Notes: a model not told the origin generated them from the letters alone. DNA of 64,000 nt from an uncultured virus (IMG/VR IMGVR_UViG_3300032167_000064) (IMGVR_UViG_3300032167_000064:1-64000); one strand, 5' to 3'; positions 1 to 10,106 are shown, counted from the stretch's first letter. A program made the numbers and translations.

Positions 1-103
1 TATCACAAGATGATGATGTTGTAACTGTGCCTTCTGAATTCATTATCAAAACTCTAGAATTAGTTCCAGTAATTTTATTTTGCTTATTAGCTAAATCATT
101 ATT
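1..103 (-). CDS. Start-less tail-fibre cassette C1 (partial, runs off window edge)
   Basis: CTAAATCATTA at 91-101; minus frame reads NNDLANKQNKITGTNSRVLIMNSEG..., open to the window edge. Confidence 0.7.
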
Positions 104-181
104 AAGAATTATTTATATTTATTAAAATTTTTTAACGAAATTTTATATAGTTACTTACACTGTAAAATTCTACCAATATAT

Positions 182-424
182 AATAATGATTTAGTTGGTT
201 ATGATGGATCATTAAAAATACATGATATAATTGTATCTAAAGATAATGGAGAATCTTATATTTCTTTAAATTATAATCCTGGAGGAATTGGCTATTTAAT
301 AGGTCAAGTAAATTCTAATGGATCTATAAGTAGAATTGTAATAGATGGAAACAAACTCATATTTCAATATTTTTCTGATATTTCAACTTTTGTTGGGCAA
401 ACAATTATAGCAGAAATTATATAA
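182..424 (+). CDS. Start-less cassette C2 (80 aa, putative fibre tip)
   Basis: TAATGATTTAG at 184-194; open frame NNDLVGYDGSLKIHDII...QTIIAEII*; no start codon, absent from ORF track. Confidence 0.7.
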   Translation, partial: NNDLVGYDGSLKIHDIIVSKDNGESYISLNYNPGGIGYLIGQVNSNGSISRIVIDGNKLIFQYFSDISTFVGQTIIAEII

Positions 425-710
425 TAATGATTTAGCATCAATTGCAGGTATGAATGATGGTATTAAACTTAGAGTAAAAACTGGAACAAATACTTTAACG
501 TCAATATTTTCAAACTTAAATCCTCCAGCTATTTGTTTTTGTAGCACTGAGAATATAACAGATAAACCATCTGGAAAATATGGTACAGTTCTTATAATGA
601 AAGCTTCAGATAATAGAATGAGTGCAATTTGTATTACTATAGACGGATTATGTTATATTAATTCTTATAATACGTCTACTTCTGATTTAACTGGTTGGAA
701 ATCATTATAA
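423..710 (+). CDS. Start-less tail-fibre tip cassette C3
   Basis: Site at 425-435, its extended form overlaps the stop of C2; NNDLASIAG continues in frame into ORF 450..710 ending ...TGWKSL*. Confidence 0.75.
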   Translation, partial: NNDLASIAGMNDGIKLRVKTGTNTLTSIFSNLNPPAICFCSTENITDKPSGKYGTVLIMKASDNRMSAICITIDGLCYINSYNTSTSDLTGWKSL

Positions 711-807
711 TATAATATCCAGATAGGTTTTAAAACCTATCTGGGCTTTTACTTGTGAATAATTTAATTTGATTATATATTATATTTATAGAAAGGAAAA
801 GCAGTTT

Positions 808-1281
808 ATGATTTTTGATACTTATAAAGAAATTATAATTGAAGAAGATAGTATAAAAAACCTACAGTATGTTTTACATATAAGAGACGACAAATCATTA
901 GATATAGAACTATTAGATTTTAATAAAAAGTATTTTGGTTCTATAAATACCATTATTGCTAGAAATAAAGATGATGAATCTATAAAATGTATTTATATTG
1001 AAGATGTTAGAACTAACTATATTAACCAAGGAAATGGTACACTTTTATTACAAAGATTAATTAAATATTGTAAAGAAAACGATATTGATTTTATTTATGG
1101 AAATTTATCCAGATTTGATTATGAAGATCACCAAGAAAGATTAATTCATTTCTATATAAAGAACGGTTTTGAAGTTCTTATATTTCCTAAAATAAGTAAT
1201 AATGGAATCGATGTGGGTCAGATAAAATATAATGTAAAAGGTGGTGATAATAATGAAAAAGCTTATAGTAGGAAAGACTAA
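808..1281 (+). CDS. GNAT-family acetyltransferase
   Basis: NQGNGTLLL acetyl-CoA motif A and FYIKNGF motif B; SD gaaagga before ATG 808. Confidence 0.75.
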   Translation: MIFDTYKEIIIEEDSIKNLQYVLHIRDDKSLDIELLDFNKKYFGSINTIIARNKDDESIKCIYIEDVRTNYINQGNGTLLLQRLIKYCKENDIDFIYGNLSRFDYEDHQERLIHFYIKNGFEVLIFPKISNNGIDVGQIKYNVKGGDNNEKAYSRKD

Positions 1282-1516
1282 AGTTTCGAAATATTTTGCT
1301 ATATACAAATGTCCTATATGTAATACTCTTATGAAAACAACAAATAATCCTATTGAAATACCTGCAGAGGAAATACCTAATTTGTTAGCAAAAGTTATTA
1401 GAAACCAATCTTTTATAGGTAATCCTTATTTATATGAAGCTCCGATGCATATACCTCATAATTGTTCTAATGGAGATTTTGGATTAGCTCAATTTGCTGG
1501 ATTTAAAAGAATATAA
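1253..1516 (+). CDS. Small Zn-binding protein, paralog of next gene
   Basis: YKCPIC...HNC..FGLAQFAGFKR; SD ggtggtg. Confidence 0.6.
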   Translation: MKKLIVGKTKVSKYFAIYKCPICNTLMKTTNNPIEIPAEEIPNLLAKVIRNQSFIGNPYLYEAPMHIPHNCSNGDFGLAQFAGFKRI

Positions 1517-1531
1517 AAGGTGGTGATAATA

Positions 1532-1768
1532 ATGGCTGAAGTAATACAGCGTCCAATGAAATGGTATCCGATTTATAGATGTGGTATATGTAAACATTGT
1601 ATATCATATAAAACACAAACTGCTGAAATGAAACCTGAACAATTAGAAGATGAAATGGCTAAGGTTGTTTCAGGACACTATAAAGACAAGATTCCTATGT
1701 ATGTTACACATAAATGCTCTCATGAGCATTTTGGATTAGCAACTTTTGTAGGTTTTGAGAGAGTATAA
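1532..1768 (+). CDS. Small Zn-binding protein, paralog of previous gene
   Basis: YRCGIC...HKC..FGLATFVGFER; same upstream aaaaggtggtgataataatg. Confidence 0.6.
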   Translation: MAEVIQRPMKWYPIYRCGICKHCISYKTQTAEMKPEQLEDEMAKVVSGHYKDKIPMYVTHKCSHEHFGLATFVGFERV

Positions 1769-1791
1769 AAAGGAGGAAAGAGGTAATTATT

Positions 1792-2334
1792 ATGAAAGAA
1801 AGATTAAATGATTGGTGGAATAACAATGAGCCCGATGAAGGTCTTATTTATCGTCATGGATTAGGAAAACAGTGTATATTTGTTAGAGATACCATTATGC
1901 TTAATCTGTTTCTTGGAATTGCTACAGATTATCATAAATATAATGATTTCTCTGATGAACGCTCTAAATTGTATGAGAGTTTTCATCCTTCTGTTATAGG
2001 TACCCATACATCTAAATCTGTAAAGTTGCCGGTTATGGAAATGGATATGTCTGAGAAACTTGGTATTAAGATTATTCTTAGAAACAACTTCTATGATTGG
2101 TGTATTTCTGTAGAATCCGAAAATGAAATAGATTGTGATTGGTTAAGATTAATTAATCCTACTATTAAAGGTTACTTTGAAGGTTTCCCTAAGGACAGAA
2201 TATATGCTCCTTACAGTGAAACTAATAGAAAGAACTTTAGTGTAGTTCTTAATGGAGAATATGAAGTTTACACTTTCATGTATATCTTAAAGAACTGGGC
2301 TATAGATAAATTTAATATTTTTGGAGGTATGTAA
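1792..2334 (+). CDS. Hypothetical protein
   Basis: 180 aa ORF with SD. Confidence 0.7.
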   Translation: MKERLNDWWNNNEPDEGLIYRHGLGKQCIFVRDTIMLNLFLGIATDYHKYNDFSDERSKLYESFHPSVIGTHTSKSVKLPVMEMDMSEKLGIKIILRNNFYDWCISVESENEIDCDWLRLINPTIKGYFEGFPKDRIYAPYSETNRKNFSVVLNGEYEVYTFMYILKNWAIDKFNIFGGM

Positions 2335-2335
2335 A

Positions 2336-2692
2336 ATGAAGATTGAAAGAATGATTGAACAGTTAAAGAACATTGCAGAAAAGTGCCCTGGTGCAGATGT
2401 CAAATTACATCATCCTACAGGTAATGTTGCTCTGTTTTGCCTTTGTACAGTAGCTTCTACTGATCCTACTCGATCAGGTTCTGTATTTATTGAAGATGCT
2501 TCAGATATTGATGTAAGAAATGAGTTATATGCTCAGATTGAACATGCAAAAGATGTAAAAATAAAAGATGTTGATCTTATAAATAATCTTCTTGATATTG
2601 GATTTACTTGGAAAGATTTTGAAGAATATCTTGATGAATCTGATTTCAGACATTTTGTAGATATAGCAAATGCTCATGGTATTATCATATGA
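2336..2692 (+). CDS. Hypothetical protein
   Basis: ORF with SD ggaggt; operon context. Confidence 0.65.
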   Translation: MKIERMIEQLKNIAEKCPGADVKLHHPTGNVALFCLCTVASTDPTRSGSVFIEDASDIDVRNELYAQIEHAKDVKIKDVDLINNLLDIGFTWKDFEEYLDESDFRHFVDIANAHGIII

Positions 2693-2910
2693 ATAAAATA
2701 AAATTGCTTGTAATATCTATATTAGATGAATTTGAACAACTTCTTGAAGATACTGATACTACTATTCCGGATGAATTTAGAGAAGGTGAAGAAGGAGAAG
2801 CCAGATTATTTGGAGATGGATATTATAGATTAGAAGATAGTATTTATAATATGATATACAGGGAATTTATTATTCAACCAATAGAATTTATAGATAAAGG
2901 AGAATTATAA
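2689..2910 (+). CDS. Hypothetical acidic protein
   Basis: ATGA overlap with upstream gene. Confidence 0.6.
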   Translation: MNKIKLLVISILDEFEQLLEDTDTTIPDEFREGEEGEARLFGDGYYRLEDSIYNMIYREFIIQPIEFIDKGEL

Positions 2911-3380
2911 TGAATCTCAAAACAAAAATAAGAATAGAATCTAAGGATATAGCAGCTATTAATTTATTAATGACTCATATTAAAAATGAATTCCTTAGTA
3001 GAGCTTTTATTTTAAAGAATGGTATTGTTGAACTGGTGGATTATTCTATTGAAGAAACAAAAGATGAATTATATTATATTGAACTTAATTGTTCCGGTAG
3101 ATTTAATAAAGTTCTAATACCTACATTGATAGATAAGCATACACTTGGAATGGAGTCCACTAAATTTGATCTAATAACTATCCATATTTATCCCGAAGAC
3201 GATAGTAAAAATGGTGATATTGGTAATATGGTTTATGAGCAGTTTGTTGGTCATGAAGATTATATTGATAGTGCTGTTGTATTAAATACAGATGAAGGTA
3301 TTCATAGTTTTATTTGTGATGATAGTTCTAAATTTCCTTTATTTATATTAACCAAATTTTATACAGCTTTTGACAAATAA
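2910..3380 (+). CDS. Hypothetical protein
   Basis: TAATG coupling, SD aaggag. Confidence 0.65.
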   Translation: MNLKTKIRIESKDIAAINLLMTHIKNEFLSRAFILKNGIVELVDYSIEETKDELYYIELNCSGRFNKVLIPTLIDKHTLGMESTKFDLITIHIYPEDDSKNGDIGNMVYEQFVGHEDYIDSAVVLNTDEGIHSFICDDSSKFPLFILTKFYTAFDK

Positions 3381-3452
3381 TAAATCAAATAAATAATCCC
3401 CTGGGTTTTACAAAACCCAGGGGATAATATTTTATTTTTTCACCGGATAAAA

Positions 3453-4925
3453 TTATACACCAATACTGTCAATATTATCGATAATATAATCAGCTGTAGC
3501 GATAGCAATCTGTGTAGCATTTTCGCTCATAATTTCTTCTTCAGACATGAAACCGCCAATAACTGCTTCGATAAGACCTTCATATTCTTCATATTCGAAG
3601 TTTTCTTTAACTTCTTCCTGATTCTGCTGAGCAGCTTTCTTCTTATCAGAAATCTTTTTAGCAGCAATTGCAGCAGCTGCACCTGTAGCAGCAACACCAG
3701 CACCAATAGCAGCAGTCTTACCAGGATTATTCTTGATAGCAGTACCAACATTCTTAGCAGCAGTACCTACTGCACTGGCAGCATTCTTAATCTTAGATCC
3801 AAGAGTTTCCTTAGCCTTATCACCAACAACCTTAGTATCAATCATCTGAGATTCGATCATATAATCAGCTACTTCACAAGCAAACTCGGAAGCATTTTCA
3901 GCCATGATTTCTTCTTCTGTCATGTTAGCAACAACGAATTCTACGAGCTCTACATATTCAGGATACTCATAGTTTTCTTTTACTTCTTCTTCTTTTTCCT
4001 TAGCAGCAGCTTTCTTTCTGTCAGCAATCTTCTTAGCAGCAAAAATACCACCTGCAGTTGCAGCAGCTACACCAGCACCGATACCAGCAGCTTTACCAGG
4101 ATTAGCCTTGATCCAATCAGCAGCTTTACCAGCAATATTCTTAGCTTTCTCTCCACCTTCTGAAGGAATAGTAGCAAGACTTGTATTCTGATTAACTACT
4201 GCAGGAAGATTCTTCTCTTCAGCAGCTTTCTTAACAATTTCACTAGCCTTAGCAGCAGCTTTAGAATTCTTCTTTGCAGCTTCCTTAGCAGCAGCTTCAG
4301 CAGCTTTAATCTTCTTCAGAGAACGCTGTTCTCTTGCTTTCTTAACATATTCACTCACATCTGCTTTCTTATCAAGGCTTCTACCTTTACCAGCAAAATC
4401 TCCAGCAAGCTTTCCTTCTTCTTTAGATTTCTTAACAGCATCAAAAGCCTTAGTTAAAGTTTCCTTAGCAGAAGCCTTAGTATCTTCATCACCACCGGAA
4501 CGATTTACTAAGTTATGAGCTTTAAGAACAGCTTCTCCAGCTTTCTTCTTTGCTTCATCAGCCTTAACACCACCAGCCAACTCAGACTGAGTTGCTCTCT
4601 TAAGTAATTTTGCTGCCTTTTCAGCTGCCTTCTTTTCTTTAACTTTCTTGAACTCATTCAAGATATATAAAGCAGCTTCCATAACAAAATCTTCTGCGTT
4701 TTCCATAGCAAGCTGATCTTCGGTCATAAGACTTGTAATAGCTTCTACGAGAACACCGAAGTTAACCTCTTCGTCTAACATAATTTCTTCTTCAATAGCT
4801 GCTTCGCATAAAACATTAGCTGCTTCAACAAAGAATTCATTAACAGGCTGTTCGTTAGATGATTCAGTCATAGTTTCATAACGTCTTGCTTTAACAAGAG
4901 CATCAGCGTATGTTACACCATTCAT
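3453..4925 (-). CDS. Ala/Lys-rich probable internal virion protein with duplicated hydrophobic module
   Basis: Two copies of IKxNPGKxAxIGAGVAA...AAKKIxDxKKAA...EEVKENxEY; strong codon bias; SD ggagg. Confidence 0.55.
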   Translation of the reverse strand: MNGVTYADALVKARRYETMTESSNEQPVNEFFVEAANVLCEAAIEEEIMLDEEVNFGVLVEAITSLMTEDQLAMENAEDFVMEAALYILNEFKKVKEKKAAEKAAKLLKRATQSELAGGVKADEAKKKAGEAVLKAHNLVNRSGGDEDTKASAKETLTKAFDAVKKSKEEGKLAGDFAGKGRSLDKKADVSEYVKKAREQRSLKKIKAAEAAAKEAAKKNSKAAAKASEIVKKAAEEKNLPAVVNQNTSLATIPSEGGEKAKNIAGKAADWIKANPGKAAGIGAGVAAATAGGIFAAKKIADRKKAAAKEKEEEVKENYEYPEYVELVEFVVANMTEEEIMAENASEFACEVADYMIESQMIDTKVVGDKAKETLGSKIKNAASAVGTAAKNVGTAIKNNPGKTAAIGAGVAATGAAAAIAAKKISDKKKAAQQNQEEVKENFEYEEYEGLIEAVIGGFMSEEEIMSENATQIAIATADYIIDNIDSIGV

Positions 4926-5068
4926 TGTTTAATCCTCCATTAAAAAATATTTTCTGATTTTTAGCATAACTTTTTCTATTTTGAAGAAAAGTGTAGCTTT
5001 TAAATATATGTGAAAAGAATTTAGTATTAACTTAGTTTATAATTAATACTATAAGGAGGGTTCATAAT

Positions 5069-5440
5069 ATGAGTAATATGAATAAAAGAATCAGCAAAGA
5101 TATAATTATTTACATTGATGGAATTAAATGTAGATGTAATACTATTAATATTACTGTATACGAATCTTATAATATCCCTAATGATAAAATTGAACAATTT
5201 GTGAATAGATTAAGAACCGAATTATCAGTTGTTGATGGTATTGAATTTAAAAGATCTAAAGAAAGTTTTATCAGAGAAATATATGCTCATAATGTTTTAT
5301 ATAGAAGAAATATTTATGTAATGAGCTCTAAAGATACTGATATTACTGATAATGAAGAATGGTATAGATTATTAGCTTTCGATACTATATATTACATTGG
5401 ACAATTGACATATAAACTCAAAAATATATTCAAGAAATAA
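5069..5440 (+). CDS. Hypothetical protein
   Basis: SD aaggagg; 123 aa. Confidence 0.65.
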   Translation: MSNMNKRISKDIIIYIDGIKCRCNTINITVYESYNIPNDKIEQFVNRLRTELSVVDGIEFKRSKESFIREIYAHNVLYRRNIYVMSSKDTDITDNEEWYRLLAFDTIYYIGQLTYKLKNIFKK

Positions 5441-5451
5441 AAATATTAAGC

Positions 5452-6060
5452 TCAGGGTAGTTTTCTACCCTGAGCTTTTTCGTTTTGATTATTCACTTTT
5501 TCTTCTTCATCAAAATGCATCATTTCTTCTACAATACCGATATTTTTTCTAAGTTCGTTTAATTCTCTATTATGAAGATTTAATATATTTTGTTGAATTT
5601 CTTGAGCTTCTATAATTTTCTTTAACGATTTTTTATAGTTTTCAAACTCAATTCTTCTAATATCATTATATATTCTCTTTTCAATTCTTCTTAGAATTCT
5701 ACTATCTACAGCTGTTGATACTGTAGCTGCAATAAAAGGAGAAAATAAGATATTCCAAAGTATATCATTATCATAATATATAAATGACGTAAACCAATAG
5801 CACAAAGATATTGCAAGAAAGTAATTAAATGCAATTTGTATTATCATGGCACCTTTATATTTTTTGTATACTATATCAGCTTTGTTAAATTTGTTGATAG
5901 AACTAATAAAGCTTTTATAGTGAAATGCAAAATATATAAGTATTAGCAGATTATTTATTAAAAATATTTCAATATTATATACTCTACCATATAGAGAATT
6001 TATAAATTCTTCTATAAAAAACATAAAGGGGAGATTAATAAACAATTCTGTATCGTTCAT
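5452..6060 (-). CDS. Multi-TM membrane protein (holin-like), paralog of 38329..39270
   Basis: Three hydrophobic segments; WNILFSPFIAA vs WNIVVAPLVGF; C-terminal coiled coil. Confidence 0.5.
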   Translation of the reverse strand: MNDTELFINLPFMFFIEEFINSLYGRVYNIEIFLINNLLILIYFAFHYKSFISSINKFNKADIVYKKYKGAMIIQIAFNYFLAISLCYWFTSFIYYDNDILWNILFSPFIAATVSTAVDSRILRRIEKRIYNDIRRIEFENYKKSLKKIIEAQEIQQNILNLHNRELNELRKNIGIVEEMMHFDEEEKVNNQNEKAQGRKLP

Positions 6061-6144
6061 GGTGTCATTCCCCCTCTCGATATTATACATAAGTTGATCA
6101 ATTAATACAAAGAAGGGAAGATAACTACCATTACACTGGTACAC

Positions 6145-6873
6145 TTATCCATTAATTTGAACATCATCACAAACTGTAGATATCCATCCACGATGATTAA
6201 TAGTAAGATTACATATTGCTAATCTTTCATCTTCCATCTTTTCAAATGCTCTAAGATATTGATTAAATCCACTATTTTCAGGATGTTTATATAAGTCACA
6301 CTGTTCAGAATGTCCAATTATGATAACTTTACAATTATCATGGATTCTAGTTAATGTTTTCTTGAGATTGGCTCCATAGAAGTTCTGTGCCTCGTCAATA
6401 ATAACTACTTTATTTTCAAAATTACAACCTCTCAAATATGTATCAACTGTAAATTGAATATAAGCAGTACCATTCTTTAAAGCTTCAATATTACTATCAG
6501 ATTGTAATACCTGTGTAGGAACTAATCCTATAGTATATAATGCTTCAAGTAATGGTTCCATATAAGGAGCACTTTTTTCTTCCTGACTACCAGGTAAATA
6601 ACCCTGTCTTTGTTCATTAGTAGGAGATGCTATATAAACTATTCCATCGTACAAACCATATTGTACCATAAGATTTGCTACACCAACAGAAATAGTTGTT
6701 TTACCAGTTCCAGCTTTTGCATTACACATAATGATTCTAGTTTTAGGATCATATATAGCATCTCGGAACTTCTTTTGCTCTTCATCTAATAATAATCCGT
6801 AAAACATGATATCATCCAAGGTATCTGGAGCTTCATATGTTTTAATATTACTCTGGTATTGTTTCTTCTTCAT
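6145..6873 (-). CDS. phoH: PhoH-family ATPase
   Basis: AKAGTGKT Walker A, GYLPG, YLRG, IIDEAQN, LTRI motifs. Confidence 0.9.
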   Translation of the reverse strand: MKKKQYQSNIKTYEAPDTLDDIMFYGLLLDEEQKKFRDAIYDPKTRIIMCNAKAGTGKTTISVGVANLMVQYGLYDGIVYIASPTNEQRQGYLPGSQEEKSAPYMEPLLEALYTIGLVPTQVLQSDSNIEALKNGTAYIQFTVDTYLRGCNFENKVVIIDEAQNFYGANLKKTLTRIHDNCKVIIIGHSEQCDLYKHPENSGFNQYLRAFEKMEDERLAICNLTINHRGWISTVCDDVQING

Positions 6874-6990
6874 AGATCAATCCTTCTTTCTATAAATTTT
6901 ATTATGATGTGCAACTTATATCAACAATCTTTATTGTAAAAAATTACAAATTATTTTTACCCATAACAATAAAGTACTGAAAAAGTAGAA

Positions 6991-7628
6991 GATAGTATTG
7001 TTATATTTAAACTGTGTGTTATTAATATCCTGGTGCATAACTACAATACCATGTAATCCAGGGTGCCTCAATCTCATTCTTTTATAACTGATAGGGAACT
7101 AAAAGGGTGATTAGTATTAGCTATAATCAATGAAACTATACTAAGAATGGTCTAACAAGCTAAAGTGTTGAGGTAGCATAGACTAATATGATGCTAATGC
7201 ATTCGATCTTTCCTATATAATAATAGACGCTTCCTGTGGAAGAATAATCCTTGGACCTATAGGACGGTAGGCAACCGACTATAATAATAAGGAAATTGCC
7301 AAATATATAGTGCTCGTGACTGTTTATCTGAAAAGGTAAACTATAAGAAAGATCGTGAAGTTCGAGTAGCCCAATCGAGCATGAAAACATAATATATATG
7401 TTTTCGGTAGAGGACCGAAAGGATTGAACATATCTGAATGGTGGGTGAAAGTTGGGAGTATCATTCTCCTTAGAGCAATGGGCAGATTTTTATCTGCTGC
7501 GGTGAAAAGTTTATAATCGACGGGTTATGGGCTCAGATTCATCGTCTCTATAGCATAACAAGTAGTAGTATTAGCGAGTAGGCTGAAGAGTCATTGATAA
7601 TGCATGGTTTAAATGTAATAATATTATC
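6991..7628 (+). ncRNA. Large structured RNA, ROOL-like
   Basis: 36-bp closing helix 6991-7026/7593-7628 whose only deviations are G-U pairs; motifs AATAGACGC..GTGGAAGAATAATC, CGAGTAGC and CTGAATG..GTGAAAGTT that I recall from ROOL RNAs; promoter-like 6965-6976; downstream hairpin ~7669-7697. Confidence 0.75.
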
Positions 7629-7808
7629 CAATACTGATTCTAAAATATTTTTATAAATGAAATAAAGATTCCCATAGGAAGAGATTCCTATGGGAGTTTT
7701 GTTTATTTTTTCATATTAACTATCTGAACTTCTTATTAATATACCGATTATCGATTTTATAATACGGTATTCTAAAAATATAATATAGAAAAATAGGAGG
7801 TAATTATT

Positions 7809-8663
7809 ATGTCTATCTATGGTCATGAATTAACTACAGATTTCGGAAGAGATAACAAAAATACTCTTTATATCGAAAATCATGTAAGTTTCAACCGTGA
7901 ATTAGATGAAGCTGCAATGCAGCCATATATTGATGAGTTGACAAAAGAAGTATTCAATGAAAAAATAGATATGGATGAAGGTTTTGGAGGTAAACTTAGA
8001 CCTGTATTTATAGTTTTAACTTATTCTGATTCCAGATTCGATCATATCGCTGAAAAATTTGTAAAGAATCAGACGTACTGGCACGCTTCTATAGGATTTG
8101 GACCTTCATTGAGTAGAACTTATTCATTCAATTTTGGTGAAGCTGATAGCAATAAATTCAAAGGTGGATTATCTTTCGAATCTATGAAATTCTACCAGGA
8201 AGAACATCCTACAGGAACTTGTGAAGTATCATGTATTTTCTTGACACCTTATAAGTACAAGAAGCTTAAAGCTACTCTTGAATATTATTTGAGAAATAAA
8301 CAGAAAACGAGATATTCTTTTGTAAATCTTCTTTATTCTTTATTTGGAAAAGGTACTAAGAATGGTTTAAAAATGAATCTTGTATGTTCTACTTTCGTAG
8401 ATACTATTCTCAGATCTGTAAATGTAAATATTTCTGGAGATAAAGCAACTAATCTTACCAAGCCTGATGATTTGAAAGTTGGAAAACATGAAAAACAGTT
8501 TAAGGTATTTGAAGGAAGATTGCTTGATTATGATGCAGAAAAAGTTGCAAGAAAAGTTGAGAAATTATCCAATGATGTAAATAGTAATTTCTTTAAGAAA
8601 CATGTTTCTGAAGCAGTACAGAATTGGATACCTGTAAAAGAATCAACAATTGACGAAGGTTAA
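7809..8663 (+). CDS. Permuted papain-like (YiiX/YaeF-type) amidase/peptidase, possibly virion-packaged
   Basis: YWHASI before LVCSTFV (His precedes Cys); acidic N-terminal leader. Confidence 0.55.
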   Translation: MSIYGHELTTDFGRDNKNTLYIENHVSFNRELDEAAMQPYIDELTKEVFNEKIDMDEGFGGKLRPVFIVLTYSDSRFDHIAEKFVKNQTYWHASIGFGPSLSRTYSFNFGEADSNKFKGGLSFESMKFYQEEHPTGTCEVSCIFLTPYKYKKLKATLEYYLRNKQKTRYSFVNLLYSLFGKGTKNGLKMNLVCSTFVDTILRSVNVNISGDKATNLTKPDDLKVGKHEKQFKVFEGRLLDYDAEKVARKVEKLSNDVNSNFFKKHVSEAVQNWIPVKESTIDEG

Positions 8664-8757
8664 TATTGTCCCTAGGGTCGAAAAGATCCTAGGGATATTT
8701 ATTTTTTATCAATCTAGATACTCTCTTATAAATAAAGAAATTAAGGAGATAATCTCA

Positions 8758-9120
8758 ATGGAAATTACAGGTTGTATTAGTGTTCCTGAAGAAGAAACAG
8801 AAAGATTTGATAATCAGTGTGATAATGGAGTATCATTATTGATGGTTGATAATGATGAACCTTTAAATATGGATGAAGATGGTAGTATGTATATAGAAGA
8901 CAATCCTAAAGTATTAGGAGTTTTTGTATCGAGATATAATATTCCACTTTTACAGAAAGTATTAGAATTAATAGATGAATATGAACCTCAAATTGAATTT
9001 TCTGTAGACGGTATTCGAGCTACATTTACTCCTGATTTTGATGACGATATGGAAGAAGTTATAGATTGTACTTCTACTGTTTTTGATAATCCCAAATTGA
9101 TAGAATATAAAGAGGAATAA
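8758..9120 (+). CDS. Hypothetical acidic protein
   Basis: SD aaggag before ATG 8758. Confidence 0.6.
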   Translation: MEITGCISVPEEETERFDNQCDNGVSLLMVDNDEPLNMDEDGSMYIEDNPKVLGVFVSRYNIPLLQKVLELIDEYEPQIEFSVDGIRATFTPDFDDDMEEVIDCTSTVFDNPKLIEYKEE

Positions 9121-9124
9121 TTTA

Positions 9125-9436
9125 ATGAATAATAGATTGAGACAAATTAAGAAACCATTTGGTCCTTATAGATGTCATTCATGTCAATATAGATATAGTG
9201 ATTGTGATCATGGTTTTGGTAACAAACCTGATTATTGTAAAGATTATTATCCTGGTGGATGTTTATCTTGTAAATATCGTTATGGTATATATGGTAATGA
9301 TTTTACAGCAAAAGAAGATACTCAATGGCTACAAAGAGGATGTGATGTATTCTTTCCATCTTCTTTAAGATGTACCAAGAGAAAACGTTTAGGAAGAAAA
9401 CGTAAGAAAAGATTAAAGAAAAGAGGATTATTATAG
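9125..9436 (+). CDS. Cys-rich protein with basic tail
   Basis: CxxC motifs; KR-rich C-terminus. Confidence 0.55.
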   Translation: MNNRLRQIKKPFGPYRCHSCQYRYSDCDHGFGNKPDYCKDYYPGGCLSCKYRYGIYGNDFTAKEDTQWLQRGCDVFFPSSLRCTKRKRLGRKRKKRLKKRGLL

Positions 9437-9539
9437 AATTCTCCATCATCTATAGGAAATTTATTAATATAATTGATTTTATTTAATCATATTAATTGTA
9501 ATTGCATCAAATTTGGTACATATTGAAAGGAAGTTAAAA

Positions 9540-10106
9540 ATGAATAAAACAGAATTCTTTTATAAATATACAACAGCATCATCTGAAATGGATTATGATG
9601 AACGAATTAAAATTGAAAGAGAATCTATTGATACAAATCCTATCAATATAGGATATGGTAATAGAAATCTTATTATTGTAATGGAAGAGTGTAGTGAACT
9701 TATACAAGAGCTAATAAGTATGCAGTATGGAATTGGAGATAGATTATCTTTAATTGAAGAAACAGCCGACGTAGAACAAGGATTGGATTATGTTAAATTA
9801 ATTTGCGATATTTCTGATAATGAGATTAATTATGATGTGTCGTTTGATACAGAAATAGTGTATAATAAAGCAACGAATCCAATTGTAGCATTATCGTTAT
9901 TACAACAACAAATTTCTAAATATTTACGAAATAAATTATCTCATAAATACGATCTTATAGAAGCTGTCAAAAATGTATATATTTCTCTTGAATATATTAA
10001 ATATGCATATTCTATAGATAAAAAAGAAATCAATAAAGCTATGAATGTAAAGTTACAAAGATTAGTTGAAGTTAAACAAAATAACCCATCAGCAATATAT
10101 CAATAA
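9540..10106 (+). CDS. MazG-like nucleotide pyrophosphohydrolase
   Basis: MEECSELIQEL...LIEETADV all-alpha NTP-PPase motif. Confidence 0.65.
   Translation: MNKTEFFYKYTTASSEMDYDERIKIERESIDTNPINIGYGNRNLIIVMEECSELIQELISMQYGIGDRLSLIEETADVEQGLDYVKLICDISDNEINYDVSFDTEIVYNKATNPIVALSLLQQQISKYLRNKLSHKYDLIEAVKNVYISLEYIKYAYSIDKKEINKAMNVKLQRLVEVKQNNPSAIYQ

Noticed and set aside
7160..7390. 76-aa minus-strand ORF
   Set aside because: Antisense to the ROOL-like RNA, no SD; probably spurious.
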